A stretch of 62,373 bases of DNA from Promethearchaeota archaeon (GCA_016839705.1 JAEOTR010000066.1:1-62373); one strand, 5' to 3'. Shown: positions 51,646 through 61,308, numbered from the stretch's first letter. Notes: a model not told the origin generated them from the sequence alone. Made by a program: numbers and translations.

Positions 51646-52284
51646 TTACTGATAAAGTAAAATTCTTATTTGATCGGCTATATCGTGTATGCGATCTGCG
51701 CACTGTTCAAGTAAAACGATACTATCTCTAATTCTAAGAAGTTTCCTAATATCCAACTTTTCATTAGAATATAAAAATTCAAGAAATTGTCGATATATAG
51801 TATCAATTTCATTTTCGAGTTCATGAATTGCGGTTGTATTCTTAAATACAATATCGGGCTTATCTCTCAAGCTTTTTATTGTTGATTTTAAAACATCCGC
51901 CATTTGAATAGTTTTATTTATTAATTTTTCATATCTTTTTATTATTTCTTCATCCTTATTCCCATCTAATGTTATCTTTGGGAGCATGTCGACTAATTCT
52001 AAGGGATAATTAATCACATTGTCCATTTTTAGGATTAAAGCGACGTAGTCTCCTAAACCTTGCGCTCCCGCTTCAGAATAATTTTGGATTAGCTGAATTT
52101 TTATAGCATCTCCATCTTCTTCACGCATTTGCATCTTATTTTTTTTCTTGTCTAAGGTTTCCTTGTTGGATTCATAGTCTTTTGCCCACGTTGAATAATA
52201 TACGGCCATATCGGATATAACTGAGTATATAATCCTGGAATGTTCAATTAACATTGAAATAATTTCATCTTTAATCTTGTTCAT
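51646..52284 (-). CDS. DUF47 family (PhoU-like phosphate transport regulator)
   Basis: EEDGD, IHELENEID, LEQCADRIHDIAD. Confidence 0.85.
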   Translation of the reverse strand: MNKIKDEIISMLIEHSRIIYSVISDMAVYYSTWAKDYESNKETLDKKKNKMQMREEDGDAIKIQLIQNYSEAGAQGLGDYVALILKMDNVINYPLELVDMLPKITLDGNKDEEIIKRYEKLINKTIQMADVLKSTIKSLRDKPDIVFKNTTAIHELENEIDTIYRQFLEFLYSNEKLDIRKLLRIRDSIVLLEQCADRIHDIADQIRILLYQ

Positions 52285-52487
52285 AAGATATCAACTAAAA
52301 ATTTTTATTTTCTCTTATAACAATAAATGATTAAATACATAAAAATTTAGGTTTACAGAAAATAAATAGTAACGAGCCTATTAATATATGATCCTATCAA
52401 TTTTCTAATTAGTTTTTGAGTGATATATGATTTTTAATATTAAAATTACATTTGATTTAAGGATTTAAGAAATTAAGGTGGATAAAT

Positions 52488-53273
52488 ATGGAATATAAGC
52501 ATCTTTTGATTGAAAAGCGTGATGATCATATAGCTATAGTTACACTTAACCGTCCAGATCAGTTAAATACATTAAATTCAACTCTAATGCGTGAAATTGA
52601 ACATTTAACAGAAGAGTTTCAAGAAGACACAGAAACACGTGTAGTGATTTTTACTGGTGCGGGTAAACATTTCTGTGGAGGAGCAGATTTGAAGGAATCA
52701 GGAAAACCAGCTACGTTACTTGAACAAACTAGAGCAAAGCAAATTGGTCCGAGAATGATACGGAAAATCTTTATGATGGACCAAATTACCATAGCAGCAA
52801 TAAATGGTGGGGCTTTTGGAGGAGGATGTTGTATTGTTACCGCTTGTGATTTTCGAATTGGGGCTGAAGGCTGTTTGGCAGGTTTTCCAGAGTCTAGATT
52901 AGGTATGAACTTATCGTGGGGGGCGGTCCCCTTAACAGTCCATGTAATTGGTCCAACATATGCTAAAGAAATGATTATTTTAGGTAAGAATAATGATGCC
53001 CAAACACTTTTGAAGTGGGGTTTTCTAACTGAAGTAGTATCAAAAGAAAAATTATTAGATCGGGCAATTAAAATCGCTAAGGATTACACCGAAGTACCTC
53101 CAATTCCTGCCCAAATGATTAAAAAGAGTATAAATCACGTCATTGGTGCATTGGATCAAGCAATAATGCACATGGATGCGGATCAGCATACGTTAACGAT
53201 GAGAACAGAGGACTTAAAGGAAGGGATTGCCGCATTCTTCGGAAAGCGTGAAGGAAATTATAAAGGAAATTAA
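52488..53273 (+). CDS. Enoyl-CoA hydratase/isomerase family protein
   Basis: TLNRPDQLN, FCGGADL, IAAING.AFGGG, CDFRI, FPE. Confidence 0.92.
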   Translation: MEYKHLLIEKRDDHIAIVTLNRPDQLNTLNSTLMREIEHLTEEFQEDTETRVVIFTGAGKHFCGGADLKESGKPATLLEQTRAKQIGPRMIRKIFMMDQITIAAINGGAFGGGCCIVTACDFRIGAEGCLAGFPESRLGMNLSWGAVPLTVHVIGPTYAKEMIILGKNNDAQTLLKWGFLTEVVSKEKLLDRAIKIAKDYTEVPPIPAQMIKKSINHVIGALDQAIMHMDADQHTLTMRTEDLKEGIAAFFGKREGNYKGN

Positions 53274-53506
53274 AAAATATTAAAGTTATAATGTATTTTA
53301 CCAATTTTTTTTTATCATACTCCATCAATTAGAAATCGATTATTCAAATTGAAAGTCAAAAAGCATGAAAATTTATTTTTGTAGAATAAAATATATTTAA
53401 AATAAAAATAGTATATAAATAATTTATCGACATGATTTGCATTATTTTAACCAGAATACTTACTACATAAATACTAATTATTTTTCAAAGGAGAAAATCG
53501 TAAAGC

Positions 53507-54157
53507 ATGCGTAAAACCTTAAAGAATTGGAGACAATATGGAAAACTGTCAGATTTAGGGGAAATAGCTCGTCGTAAATTTTTCAATAATTGTTTTGATG
53601 GCGCTTTAACTTGTGCCGGAATTGTTAGTGGGATATTTATAATCTTTATTGGGTCAGGCACAATTCTATTTACTCCTCAAAATGTATTAATTACAGGCTT
53701 AGCGACAACCCTCGCGATAGGGATTTCAGGACTCTGGGGAGCTTTCTTATCTGAGGAAGCCGAACGTAAGAAAAAAGTGTATGATATGAAAAAGGATATG
53801 GCAATGGTTGAGGAGCCCACGGAACTTAAAAATGGAGAGGAAAAAAAAAATGAAAAGAATAACGATAAAACCTTGCTCGAAAAAGCGGAAAATTTCGCTA
53901 CAATTGTTGCTTCCTTGGTCGATGGAGGTGCTCCTGCAGTAGGAAGTATACTACCATTAATCCCCTTCTTCTTTGGGACAACATTAACAATATCGCATTT
54001 TATCTTTTCATATGTAATTCTTGCTGGTTTACTAGTTTACTTAGGTATCTTTTTAGGAAATATTTCAGGGGGAGGTAAGGTACGATATGCACTCCACTTG
54101 GTTACTGCTGGGGTGGTAACTTTATTGGTTAGTTTATTACTTGGACAAATAACTTAA
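53507..54157 (+). CDS. VIT1/CCC1 family transporter
   Basis: ARR.F.NN.FDG, SG..GA.LSE.AER, PLIPF. Confidence 0.85.
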   Translation: MRKTLKNWRQYGKLSDLGEIARRKFFNNCFDGALTCAGIVSGIFIIFIGSGTILFTPQNVLITGLATTLAIGISGLWGAFLSEEAERKKKVYDMKKDMAMVEEPTELKNGEEKKNEKNNDKTLLEKAENFATIVASLVDGGAPAVGSILPLIPFFFGTTLTISHFIFSYVILAGLLVYLGIFLGNISGGGKVRYALHLVTAGVVTLLVSLLLGQIT

Positions 54158-54266
54158 AAAATGGGGTTTCATATTTCATATTTAAAATTATCAACTATTG
54201 AACAAATTAGGTGCATCTCTGCGAAATATTTATGATTTTACTTAAAATTTTTGATGTATTTAAATA

Positions 54267-55013
54267 ATGATTAAAAAATTAAAAATTTACAACGAAATTA
54301 CTCATTTTAGCTTAATTGCACGGAGATATTTCGTGAATAATTTTTATGACGGTATGCTGACAATTCTAGGGATTTTACTTGGATTTTTTATGTTTATTGT
54401 ATATAACCCAGAGATAACCTCTATCGAATCTATTCTCGTTATATTTCCTAGCTTAGGAACCTCAATTTCTATGTTCATATCAGGTGTTTCAGGTTCTTAT
54501 CTTTCTGAAAGAGCAGAACATAAAAAAGAAAAAAGAGAATTAGATAAAGCCATGGTAATACTAGAGGATGATCAGATCGAAGAGATAAATAGACTACCTG
54601 AATTCAAAGTAAATGAAGAAATTCAAAAGGCAATGGTAACTCCAATTAATATCAGCAATTCATTTAAAAAGAAAAATCCGGTTAAAATCAGAAAGAAAAG
54701 TCAGAAAAAGAAGAAGTCAAAGACAAAAACTATTCATGAGAAAGCGGAAAGATTTGCTAATGTATTAGTTTCTTTTACAAATGGTACAGCTCCTCTATTA
54801 GGAGGGATAGTCCCCTCAATACCTTTCTTTTTCATCCAAAATGCAGGAATGTGGACTTTTATTATATCTTTTCTAACAATATTTATTTGTATAGTGTTTC
54901 TAGGGATTTTGTTGGGAGTAATCTCAAAAGAATCTATAATTAAAAATATTTTAGAAATGACAGCAGCATTCATAGTTACTCTTTTAATATCATTTCTGAT
55001 CTTGAGAGTCTGA
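54267..55013 (+). CDS. VIT1/CCC1 family transporter (tandem paralog)
   Basis: ARRYFVNNFYDG, SG.SGSYLSERAE, P.IPF. Confidence 0.85.
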   Translation: MIKKLKIYNEITHFSLIARRYFVNNFYDGMLTILGILLGFFMFIVYNPEITSIESILVIFPSLGTSISMFISGVSGSYLSERAEHKKEKRELDKAMVILEDDQIEEINRLPEFKVNEEIQKAMVTPINISNSFKKKNPVKIRKKSQKKKKSKTKTIHEKAERFANVLVSFTNGTAPLLGGIVPSIPFFFIQNAGMWTFIISFLTIFICIVFLGILLGVISKESIIKNILEMTAAFIVTLLISFLILRV

Positions 55014-55095
55014 TTAAATTGTCGTTTTAATATAATAAATTTTATCTTTTGGCTTTCATTTTTCTTTCTATAAACATATAACGTCGAGATTAATT

Positions 55096-55907
55096 TTGAA
55101 AGCATTCGTAGGAATAGATATTGGTTCTTTAGCAACAAAAATTGCCCTTCTGGAAAACAATAATTTAATAGATTTTCGAACAGAAAGATCCACCTTCGAT
55201 TTTAAAAGAATTGGACAGACAATGTTCAATGACATATTAGTAAAAAATAATTTGAATAGAGAAGATGTATTTGCAATGAGCACCGGCTACGGTAGAAATA
55301 CTGTGCAGTTCGCTGATGATCGAATTACAGAAATTACTGCTCACGCTCGGGGAGTTCAGTTTTTTTTCCAAGACGCTCATTCAGTTATCGATATAGGGGG
55401 GCAAGATAGTAAAGCTATATTGATATCACAAAAAACGGGGAATGTAATTGACTTTCAAATGAATGATAAATTTCAATTAGATAAACCTAATTGAAGTCAA
55501 AATGTGCTGCCGGTACAGGCAGATTTTTGGAAGTCATGGCAAATGCACTTGAGGTCCCGATTGAGGAGATTGGAGGATTAGCTCTAAAATCAAATGATCC
55601 TGCGTCAATAAGTTCCACATGTACGGTTTTTGCAGAATCTGAAGTCATATCACTGTTTGCCAAGGGAACAAAGAAAGAAAATATTGCTGCCGGAATTCAT
55701 AAATCAATTGCTAGGAGAGTTGCAGGAATGGCAAAACGTATAGGTGTAACTCCTTTACTGGTTTTTTGTGGTGGTGTAGCTAAAAATGTAGCAGTTAAAA
55801 AGTTCTTAGAAGTAGAGCTTGGATATGAAATCGTAATTCCTAATCAACCGCAACTAACTGGAGCCATTGGAGCCGCCTTAATTGCTCAAGAACATAATGG
55901 TGACTAA
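55096..55907 (+). CDS. 2-hydroxyacyl-CoA dehydratase activase (HgdC/BadFG-type ATPase), interrupted by a 32-nt insertion
   Basis: GIDIGS, TGYGR, EITAHARG, IDIGGQDSK, MNDK|CAAGTGRFLE, STCTVFAESE; removing 32 nt gives a contiguous 259-aa ORF. Confidence 0.9.
55470..55501 (+). other. Candidate BHB-type mRNA intron (32 nt)
   Basis: Central helix UGAU/GUCA, AAA bulges, inner stem ttcaattag/ctaattgaa; excision restores GAT AAA TGT (D-K-C). Confidence 0.7.
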
Positions 55908-55997
55908 TACATTTAGTAGTTAATTTTTATACTAAAAAATTTTATGAGCAATTAACTCTTTTTTGATTAATAATTCACAATTATTTTATTTAAGAAA

Positions 55998-57128
55998 ATG
56001 GATGACATTGAACTTCTATCGGAATATTATGCATTCCTTCAAGAAAAGAAGGGGGAAGGGAAAAAAGTTGTGGCTTTTATGTCACATGATAATATTCCTG
56101 AAGAATTAATAGACGCAGCGGGATTTGTTCCCCTAAGAATGATCTTTGCGGGAAATGATGAGTTAATGGATGCTAGTCATGATTTTCTTTCTCCCTCAAC
56201 TTGTGCCTTTGCTCAATCCTGTATAGGTGTATTTTCCGTTAAACCGAATATGTATAAGTTTTTAGATTTGATAGATTATTTTATTCTCTCAAATCATTGT
56301 GTATCAGATATATGTGCTTCTGAAGTTATAACTAAATATTTTAATATCAAACGTTTGAATTTTTATGTATCCTATACGAAGACTGAGAATAGTTTAAAAT
56401 ATTTCAAAATTGAAGTATTAGATTTAAAAAAACAACTTGAAGAGATTAAAGGGACTGAAATAGGTGTTCAAGAGTTAAAGAATAGCATTAGAAAATACAA
56501 TGAGTTTAAAAAAAAGTTAATGGAAATCAGCAATACAATTAAAAGCGGCTCTCAAAAATTAAAAATTATTCAAAAAGCAATGTTATTTGGTCCTGATATT
56601 CTCCCTGAATTAGATAGTACAATCTTAAAGCAATCAGAAATCCAAGTATCAGATAAAATCAAAGATATTCTATTAACGGGATGCTCTATTTTCATTAATG
56701 ACTATTTACTTGATTTAATTGAAGAAGGTGGTGGTAACGTTGTTTTTTTTGATACATGGGTTGGATTTAATTATTATTACCAAATAATAGATGAAAATGT
56801 CTTAAATTCTACAAAAGATCCAATTGATATACTTACCCATCGATTTGAGAAAAATTTCTACGGAGATCATTCCGTTCCAAATTTTCTTCAACGAAAAGTA
56901 TCACACATAGACACGTTTTCTAAAGACTATGAAAAGAAAACGGGAAAAAAAATAGGGGTTATAAACCATATCATAAAGTTTTGTGATCATATGTCAATTA
57001 TGTCTTCCCATTTGAAAAATAAGTTAAAAGTAAAAGGTATTTATGTATTAAATTTAGAGCGAGATTATTCTAGAGCAAATAGAGGTCAATTATCAACAAG
57101 AATAGAGGCATTTTTGGAGATGATGTAA
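55998..57128 (+). CDS. 2-hydroxyacyl-CoA dehydratase subunit (BcrC/BadD/HgdB family)
   Basis: PEELIDAAGF.P, C.F, KFCD, GQLSTRIEAFLEM. Confidence 0.88.
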   Translation: MDDIELLSEYYAFLQEKKGEGKKVVAFMSHDNIPEELIDAAGFVPLRMIFAGNDELMDASHDFLSPSTCAFAQSCIGVFSVKPNMYKFLDLIDYFILSNHCVSDICASEVITKYFNIKRLNFYVSYTKTENSLKYFKIEVLDLKKQLEEIKGTEIGVQELKNSIRKYNEFKKKLMEISNTIKSGSQKLKIIQKAMLFGPDILPELDSTILKQSEIQVSDKIKDILLTGCSIFINDYLLDLIEEGGGNVVFFDTWVGFNYYYQIIDENVLNSTKDPIDILTHRFEKNFYGDHSVPNFLQRKVSHIDTFSKDYEKKTGKKIGVINHIIKFCDHMSIMSSHLKNKLKVKGIYVLNLERDYSRANRGQLSTRIEAFLEMM

Positions 57129-57131
57129 TAG

Positions 57132-58490
57132 ATGAGTTTAGTTGCAGATGAATTAATACGATTTTCTTCAGTGTTGAGAATTGCCTACAATTTTTTAAAT
57201 GGAAGGGACTTTTTAAAGCGAAAAAAATTTCGAGAAAAAAAGAAGTTAATTTCTGTAGGTTTACCTTTTTCTGATTTAGTTTATGGATTTCCTGATTTAA
57301 TTCCCGTTTTTCCCATAAGAATGCATGAATTTGAAATTCATAAATATCTCACTTATTTAGGTTCTTCTTCCAAAATATTTGGTTGGGACCGTGTTACCAA
57401 TTTTTTAGGTTGGGTAAAAGATTTAGGTATTAAAGATATAAGTCAGACCGTTGATGATATAATTGAAAACGTAATAGATACAATAAACAGCAAATACAAT
57501 GAGATGTATGATATTGGAGTAGAAAACGGGATATCTACTGACTTTTGTTATGGTGTTAAATCACTTTATGGAATGAACGTATCAAAAGGGAAGAATTGTG
57601 ATGCAAATTTAAATTATACTATTCGTTGTAGCACCTGGAATAAATATCTAGAATCGATAGAAGCAATAGGAAACCCTTCTAAACAAATTTGGGTTGAAAT
57701 TCCCCCAAGAAATATTGGGAATTCCTTAGAACTTTTTATCGATAATATCACTCAGGGAATAAATGAATTAGAAAAACTAAGTAATTTTAGTTATAGTGAA
57801 AATGCATTAAGAAATCATTTTCAGACCGCTAATCAAATTCGTCAATCCTACAAAAAAATAATTTATGATATAAGTACCGCTGACTTCTATCCCTGTAATC
57901 CCGCAACATTTTGCGAAATTCTTTCGTTATTAAATATTAGTTTTCATGATTATAATTCCAATGCTACTCGTTATAAAGATAATACTACTCTTTTGTTAAA
58001 TGAAATGAGAGGGAGAATTAATAAGGGTATTGGTATGGATGTTTCAAAAATGCCCAAAATTTTAATTACACCCATGTTTGGTGGTTGGGAACCAAAAATG
58101 CATGATATAATCTACGAATTGGGAGGAAGAGTCTTGTATGGAGATTGGGATTTATTACGCTTTTTAGATGATATTCCGATTTCAAACAGAGCTGATCCTG
58201 TTGAAGCATATGCTGAATTTTTAATGAATGCAACCGAAAATGGCATTGGGTGTGATAACGATATTCTCACAGATTCCTATGTAAGATTAGCTAAGAATTT
58301 AAAAGCTGATGGACTTGTATTTGTCCAAGTGTTTGGTTGTCATTCGGTATCAAATTGCTATACTATGTTAAGAGAAAAAATACGGCGAGAATTAGAAATA
58401 CCAAGTATAGCGCTTAATTTTAATAAAATGGGGGAAAATGTAGAGCAAGTTCGTACCAGACTCGGTGCATTTATGGAAATGTACAAATGA
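57132..58490 (+). CDS. 2-hydroxyacyl-CoA dehydratase subunit (HgdA/B family)
   Basis: DFCY, DGLV...FGCHS, EQVRTRLGAFMEM. Confidence 0.8.
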   Translation: MSLVADELIRFSSVLRIAYNFLNGRDFLKRKKFREKKKLISVGLPFSDLVYGFPDLIPVFPIRMHEFEIHKYLTYLGSSSKIFGWDRVTNFLGWVKDLGIKDISQTVDDIIENVIDTINSKYNEMYDIGVENGISTDFCYGVKSLYGMNVSKGKNCDANLNYTIRCSTWNKYLESIEAIGNPSKQIWVEIPPRNIGNSLELFIDNITQGINELEKLSNFSYSENALRNHFQTANQIRQSYKKIIYDISTADFYPCNPATFCEILSLLNISFHDYNSNATRYKDNTTLLLNEMRGRINKGIGMDVSKMPKILITPMFGGWEPKMHDIIYELGGRVLYGDWDLLRFLDDIPISNRADPVEAYAEFLMNATENGIGCDNDILTDSYVRLAKNLKADGLVFVQVFGCHSVSNCYTMLREKIRRELEIPSIALNFNKMGENVEQVRTRLGAFMEMYK

Positions 58491-58515
58491 ATTATTAGGT
58501 GTACAATGGAGAAAT

Positions 58516-59235
58516 ATGACAAAAGAAATTAATAAAAGCAACAGTAATAATCTAATCTATATAATTGATAACTATTCAGCTAACTTTCAGACCGACCGAA
58601 TAAAAAACTTGCTGGATATTTTTAGTGAAAAAATCCCTAAGACTAGTGTTAAGGTTATTCATTACTCTCAAGCAGACTTGGAGATCCTAAAATATAGCAG
58701 TGGGATAATTCTTACAGGATCTGAAATCAATGTGTCTGAGTTTTATGCAAATAGGGTCTTACGTAAGAAATTCAAATTAGTACTTAAACTAATTAAAAAA
58801 GCTAAAAACATTCCTATATTAGCAATTTGTTATGGTCACCATTTAACGGGCTTTATATTTCATGGAAAAGTATATCGAATGAATATACCACACGATGGTG
58901 GAAGAATTATTCCACTATTGTTAAACAAAACAGATAGGTTAATTCCATACAAAAAAATAATTGTAGATATTCAACATCGAGACTACATACTCCCAGATGA
59001 CCTTAAATTAAATAAGAAATTTGAAATAATAGCAACTAAAGATCTATATGGTTACAGTACAATCCAATATATGCGTCATATAAATAGACCTATTTACTCA
59101 GTTCAATTTCATCCCGAAACTCATCTTGCAAGTTATATCTATAGAAATGAGGATGATGAAGAAAGGATTAAAGAAGCAAAACAATATGGAGAAGAAATTA
59201 TAATAAATTTTGCGAATATCTGTAAACTAAAATAG
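58516..59235 (+). CDS. Class I glutamine amidotransferase domain protein
   Basis: IIDNY, GIILTGS, PILAICYGH, VQFHPE; ATG at 58516 after GGAGA. Confidence 0.88.
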   Translation: MTKEINKSNSNNLIYIIDNYSANFQTDRIKNLLDIFSEKIPKTSVKVIHYSQADLEILKYSSGIILTGSEINVSEFYANRVLRKKFKLVLKLIKKAKNIPILAICYGHHLTGFIFHGKVYRMNIPHDGGRIIPLLLNKTDRLIPYKKIIVDIQHRDYILPDDLKLNKKFEIIATKDLYGYSTIQYMRHINRPIYSVQFHPETHLASYIYRNEDDEERIKEAKQYGEEIIINFANICKLK

Positions 59236-59358
59236 ATATCAAAAACCAATATTTTATCAAACCGATTCTTAAAAACTTTAATACAAACAAGATTTATAAC
59301 ACAATGTAGAATTTTAAAAAAAACCGCATGATCTGAACCTCTTGGAGACTTCTATAGA

Positions 59359-60708
59359 ATGAGCATATATGCCGATGATGTTGTAGGTTTTACTTCAGTA
59401 TTGAAAATTGCTTATAACTTCTTAACTGGTAGAGATTATTTACTAAAGAAAAAATCCAAGGAAAAAAAGAAATTAATTTCAGTCGCTTTAGGATTACCCG
59501 ACTTAGTTTTTGCAGCGGATTCAATCCCAGTTTTCCCGATTCGAATGGAAAGATTTAAACTTAACTTATATCTGATAGCTCTTAATACGGCGAAAAGTTT
59601 ATTTGGATGGAATATTACAACTGATCTACTCGGGATTGCGCATCAACTTGATTTCTTAAAAATAGTCGATTCAATTATCAATGACGTAATAAACACTATT
59701 AACATAAAATACAATACAATGTTTGAGTTGGGAATAAAAACTAGTAAATCCCCTGAATTATGCTATGGAGTACACTCAATTTATGGCATGCACAAATCTC
59801 AACATGAAAATTTAGATGCGAATTTAAATTTTACAATAAGGTGTGATGAGTGTAATAATTATTCTAGTATGTTGAAATCGATGATCCCTAATCAGATCTG
59901 GGTTGGGATCCCTTCAGAAAGTGAGGAAAATGTTTTAGATCGCATGAAGCATAATCTCGAGAAGGCAATTACTGAATTAGAGCATATTACTGGCAATGTA
60001 GTTACTGATAATAGTTTAAAAAAACAATTTCGTATTGGTAACCAAGTTAAGAGATATTATAAAACGATTTTACATGAAATAGGTTCTTCAGAGTTTTACC
60101 CATGTAATCCTGCGACATTCGCTGAAATTTTAGGTCTCCTCACAATATCTTTTCAAGACTATAATTCTAATGCTCAAAGATACTTAGAAAATATGAGTCA
60201 ATTAGTCAAGGAGATGAGAGAACGAATTAAGAAAGGTATAGGTATGGATGTTTCAAACACGCCTCGATTGCTCATCTCCCCAATATTTAATGGATGGGAT
60301 CCCGAAATTCATGAAATTATCTATAAATTTGGTGGTCGAGCTATTTATGCTGATTGGGATATTTTAGGATTACTGGATGAGATACCAGTATCAAAAGATT
60401 CAGATCCAATTGAAGATTATGCTCGATTTCTTTTGAATGCTTCAAATAAGGGAAACCAATGTCTAAAGAATTGTGATACATTAGCGAATTCATATTCAAG
60501 ATATACTAAAAAATGGGCTTTTGATGGTATTATTTTCAATCAAGTGCTGGACTGTCATCCAAATTACTCAAACTGTTATGAATTATTAAAAAATAAAATA
60601 AGAAATGAACTGAGAAAACCAACTGTTGTAGTAAGATTTAAGAAAATAGGGGAAAATGTAGAAGAAGTAAAAACTAAATTGACTCCTTTTATGAATTTGT
60701 TTGCGTAA
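59359..60708 (+). CDS. 2-hydroxyacyl-CoA dehydratase subunit, paralog of 57132-58490
   Basis: Shared blocks IAYNFL.GRD, PVFPIRM, FYPCNPATF.EIL, GIGMDVS, GENVE. Confidence 0.8.
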   Translation: MSIYADDVVGFTSVLKIAYNFLTGRDYLLKKKSKEKKKLISVALGLPDLVFAADSIPVFPIRMERFKLNLYLIALNTAKSLFGWNITTDLLGIAHQLDFLKIVDSIINDVINTINIKYNTMFELGIKTSKSPELCYGVHSIYGMHKSQHENLDANLNFTIRCDECNNYSSMLKSMIPNQIWVGIPSESEENVLDRMKHNLEKAITELEHITGNVVTDNSLKKQFRIGNQVKRYYKTILHEIGSSEFYPCNPATFAEILGLLTISFQDYNSNAQRYLENMSQLVKEMRERIKKGIGMDVSNTPRLLISPIFNGWDPEIHEIIYKFGGRAIYADWDILGLLDEIPVSKDSDPIEDYARFLLNASNKGNQCLKNCDTLANSYSRYTKKWAFDGIIFNQVLDCHPNYSNCYELLKNKIRNELRKPTVVVRFKKIGENVEEVKTKLTPFMNLFA

Positions 60709-60714
60709 CCTTAC

Positions 60715-61308
60715 CTACGCACCAAAGAAATCTGATGGTTTGAGTAGGTGTTGATCATCTTCTTCCTTCTTTGCCTTCTCATGGGGATCAACCCATTCTT
60801 CATCTTTTGCTTTAGTAATGCCTCCTCCCGGTGCTTTAAGAACCGGAGGATTTAGGTTACTACCTGCGGAAATCTCTTCAGGCCGTTGTCCAACAGAGAC
60901 AGCTTGAGTTGGAACATAAGTTATACCCCCAGATTTTAAGACTTTGAGTTCACTCATGACTTTTTCTAAATTCATTGTTTGTACGCTCTTATTCATAGTA
61001 TCCATTATTTCTTTTAAGGATTTTGACGTTTCTCGTAAGCCTTTTGGGTTAATTCCGGTTAACAGAGAATCTAAATTAGCACTAATGCTTTCATTTAACT
61101 CGTTTAACGATTCCAATACAGTACTCCAATGTTTATTCATCTGAGATTCAATGGCGCTAATCATCTTGATAGTTTCGTTCATGAAATTCACGGAGCAGCC
61201 CTATGTGGGTAGCTCTTTCACGTGCGCCTCGTATCTCTCTTCATCCTTAGCCCGAAGATCAGATATTAACATTATAAGCTTCCGTAAAGCTTCTTTCTCT
61301 TCACTCAT
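60715..61308 (-). CDS. Hypothetical helical protein interrupted by a 30-nt TAG-containing insertion
   Basis: ATG at 61308 (MSEEKEALRKL...) is in frame with ORF 60715-61191; the only stop is TAG 61201-61203 inside a GC-rich hairpin; spliced length 187 aa. Confidence 0.75.
61187..61216 (-). other. Candidate BHB-type mRNA intron (30 nt)
   Basis: mRNA sense: CGUG-AAA-gagc(ua)ccc-acaua-ggg(cu)gcuc-CGUG-AAU; excision gives CAC GTG AAT TTC (H-V-N-F). Confidence 0.65.

Noticed and set aside
55491-55907. Activase as two genuine genes coupled by a TTGA overlap, or an intein remnant before Cys
   Set aside because: The break falls inside an invariant motif, the insert lacks intein C...HN ends, and its 32-nt length matches BHB geometry. 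A split protein remains a lower-ranked alternative.
61201-61203. Pyrrolysine or amber readthrough at this TAG (also at 25371)
   Set aside because: No pyl genes in the window. The hairpin and repeat structure fit an insertion better, and the 25371 gene also has frameshifts.
61189-61224. Alternative perfect helix CACG/CGUG for the second intron
   Set aside because: It gives a 5-nt loop instead of a 3-nt bulge and a 32-nt excision that is out of frame.
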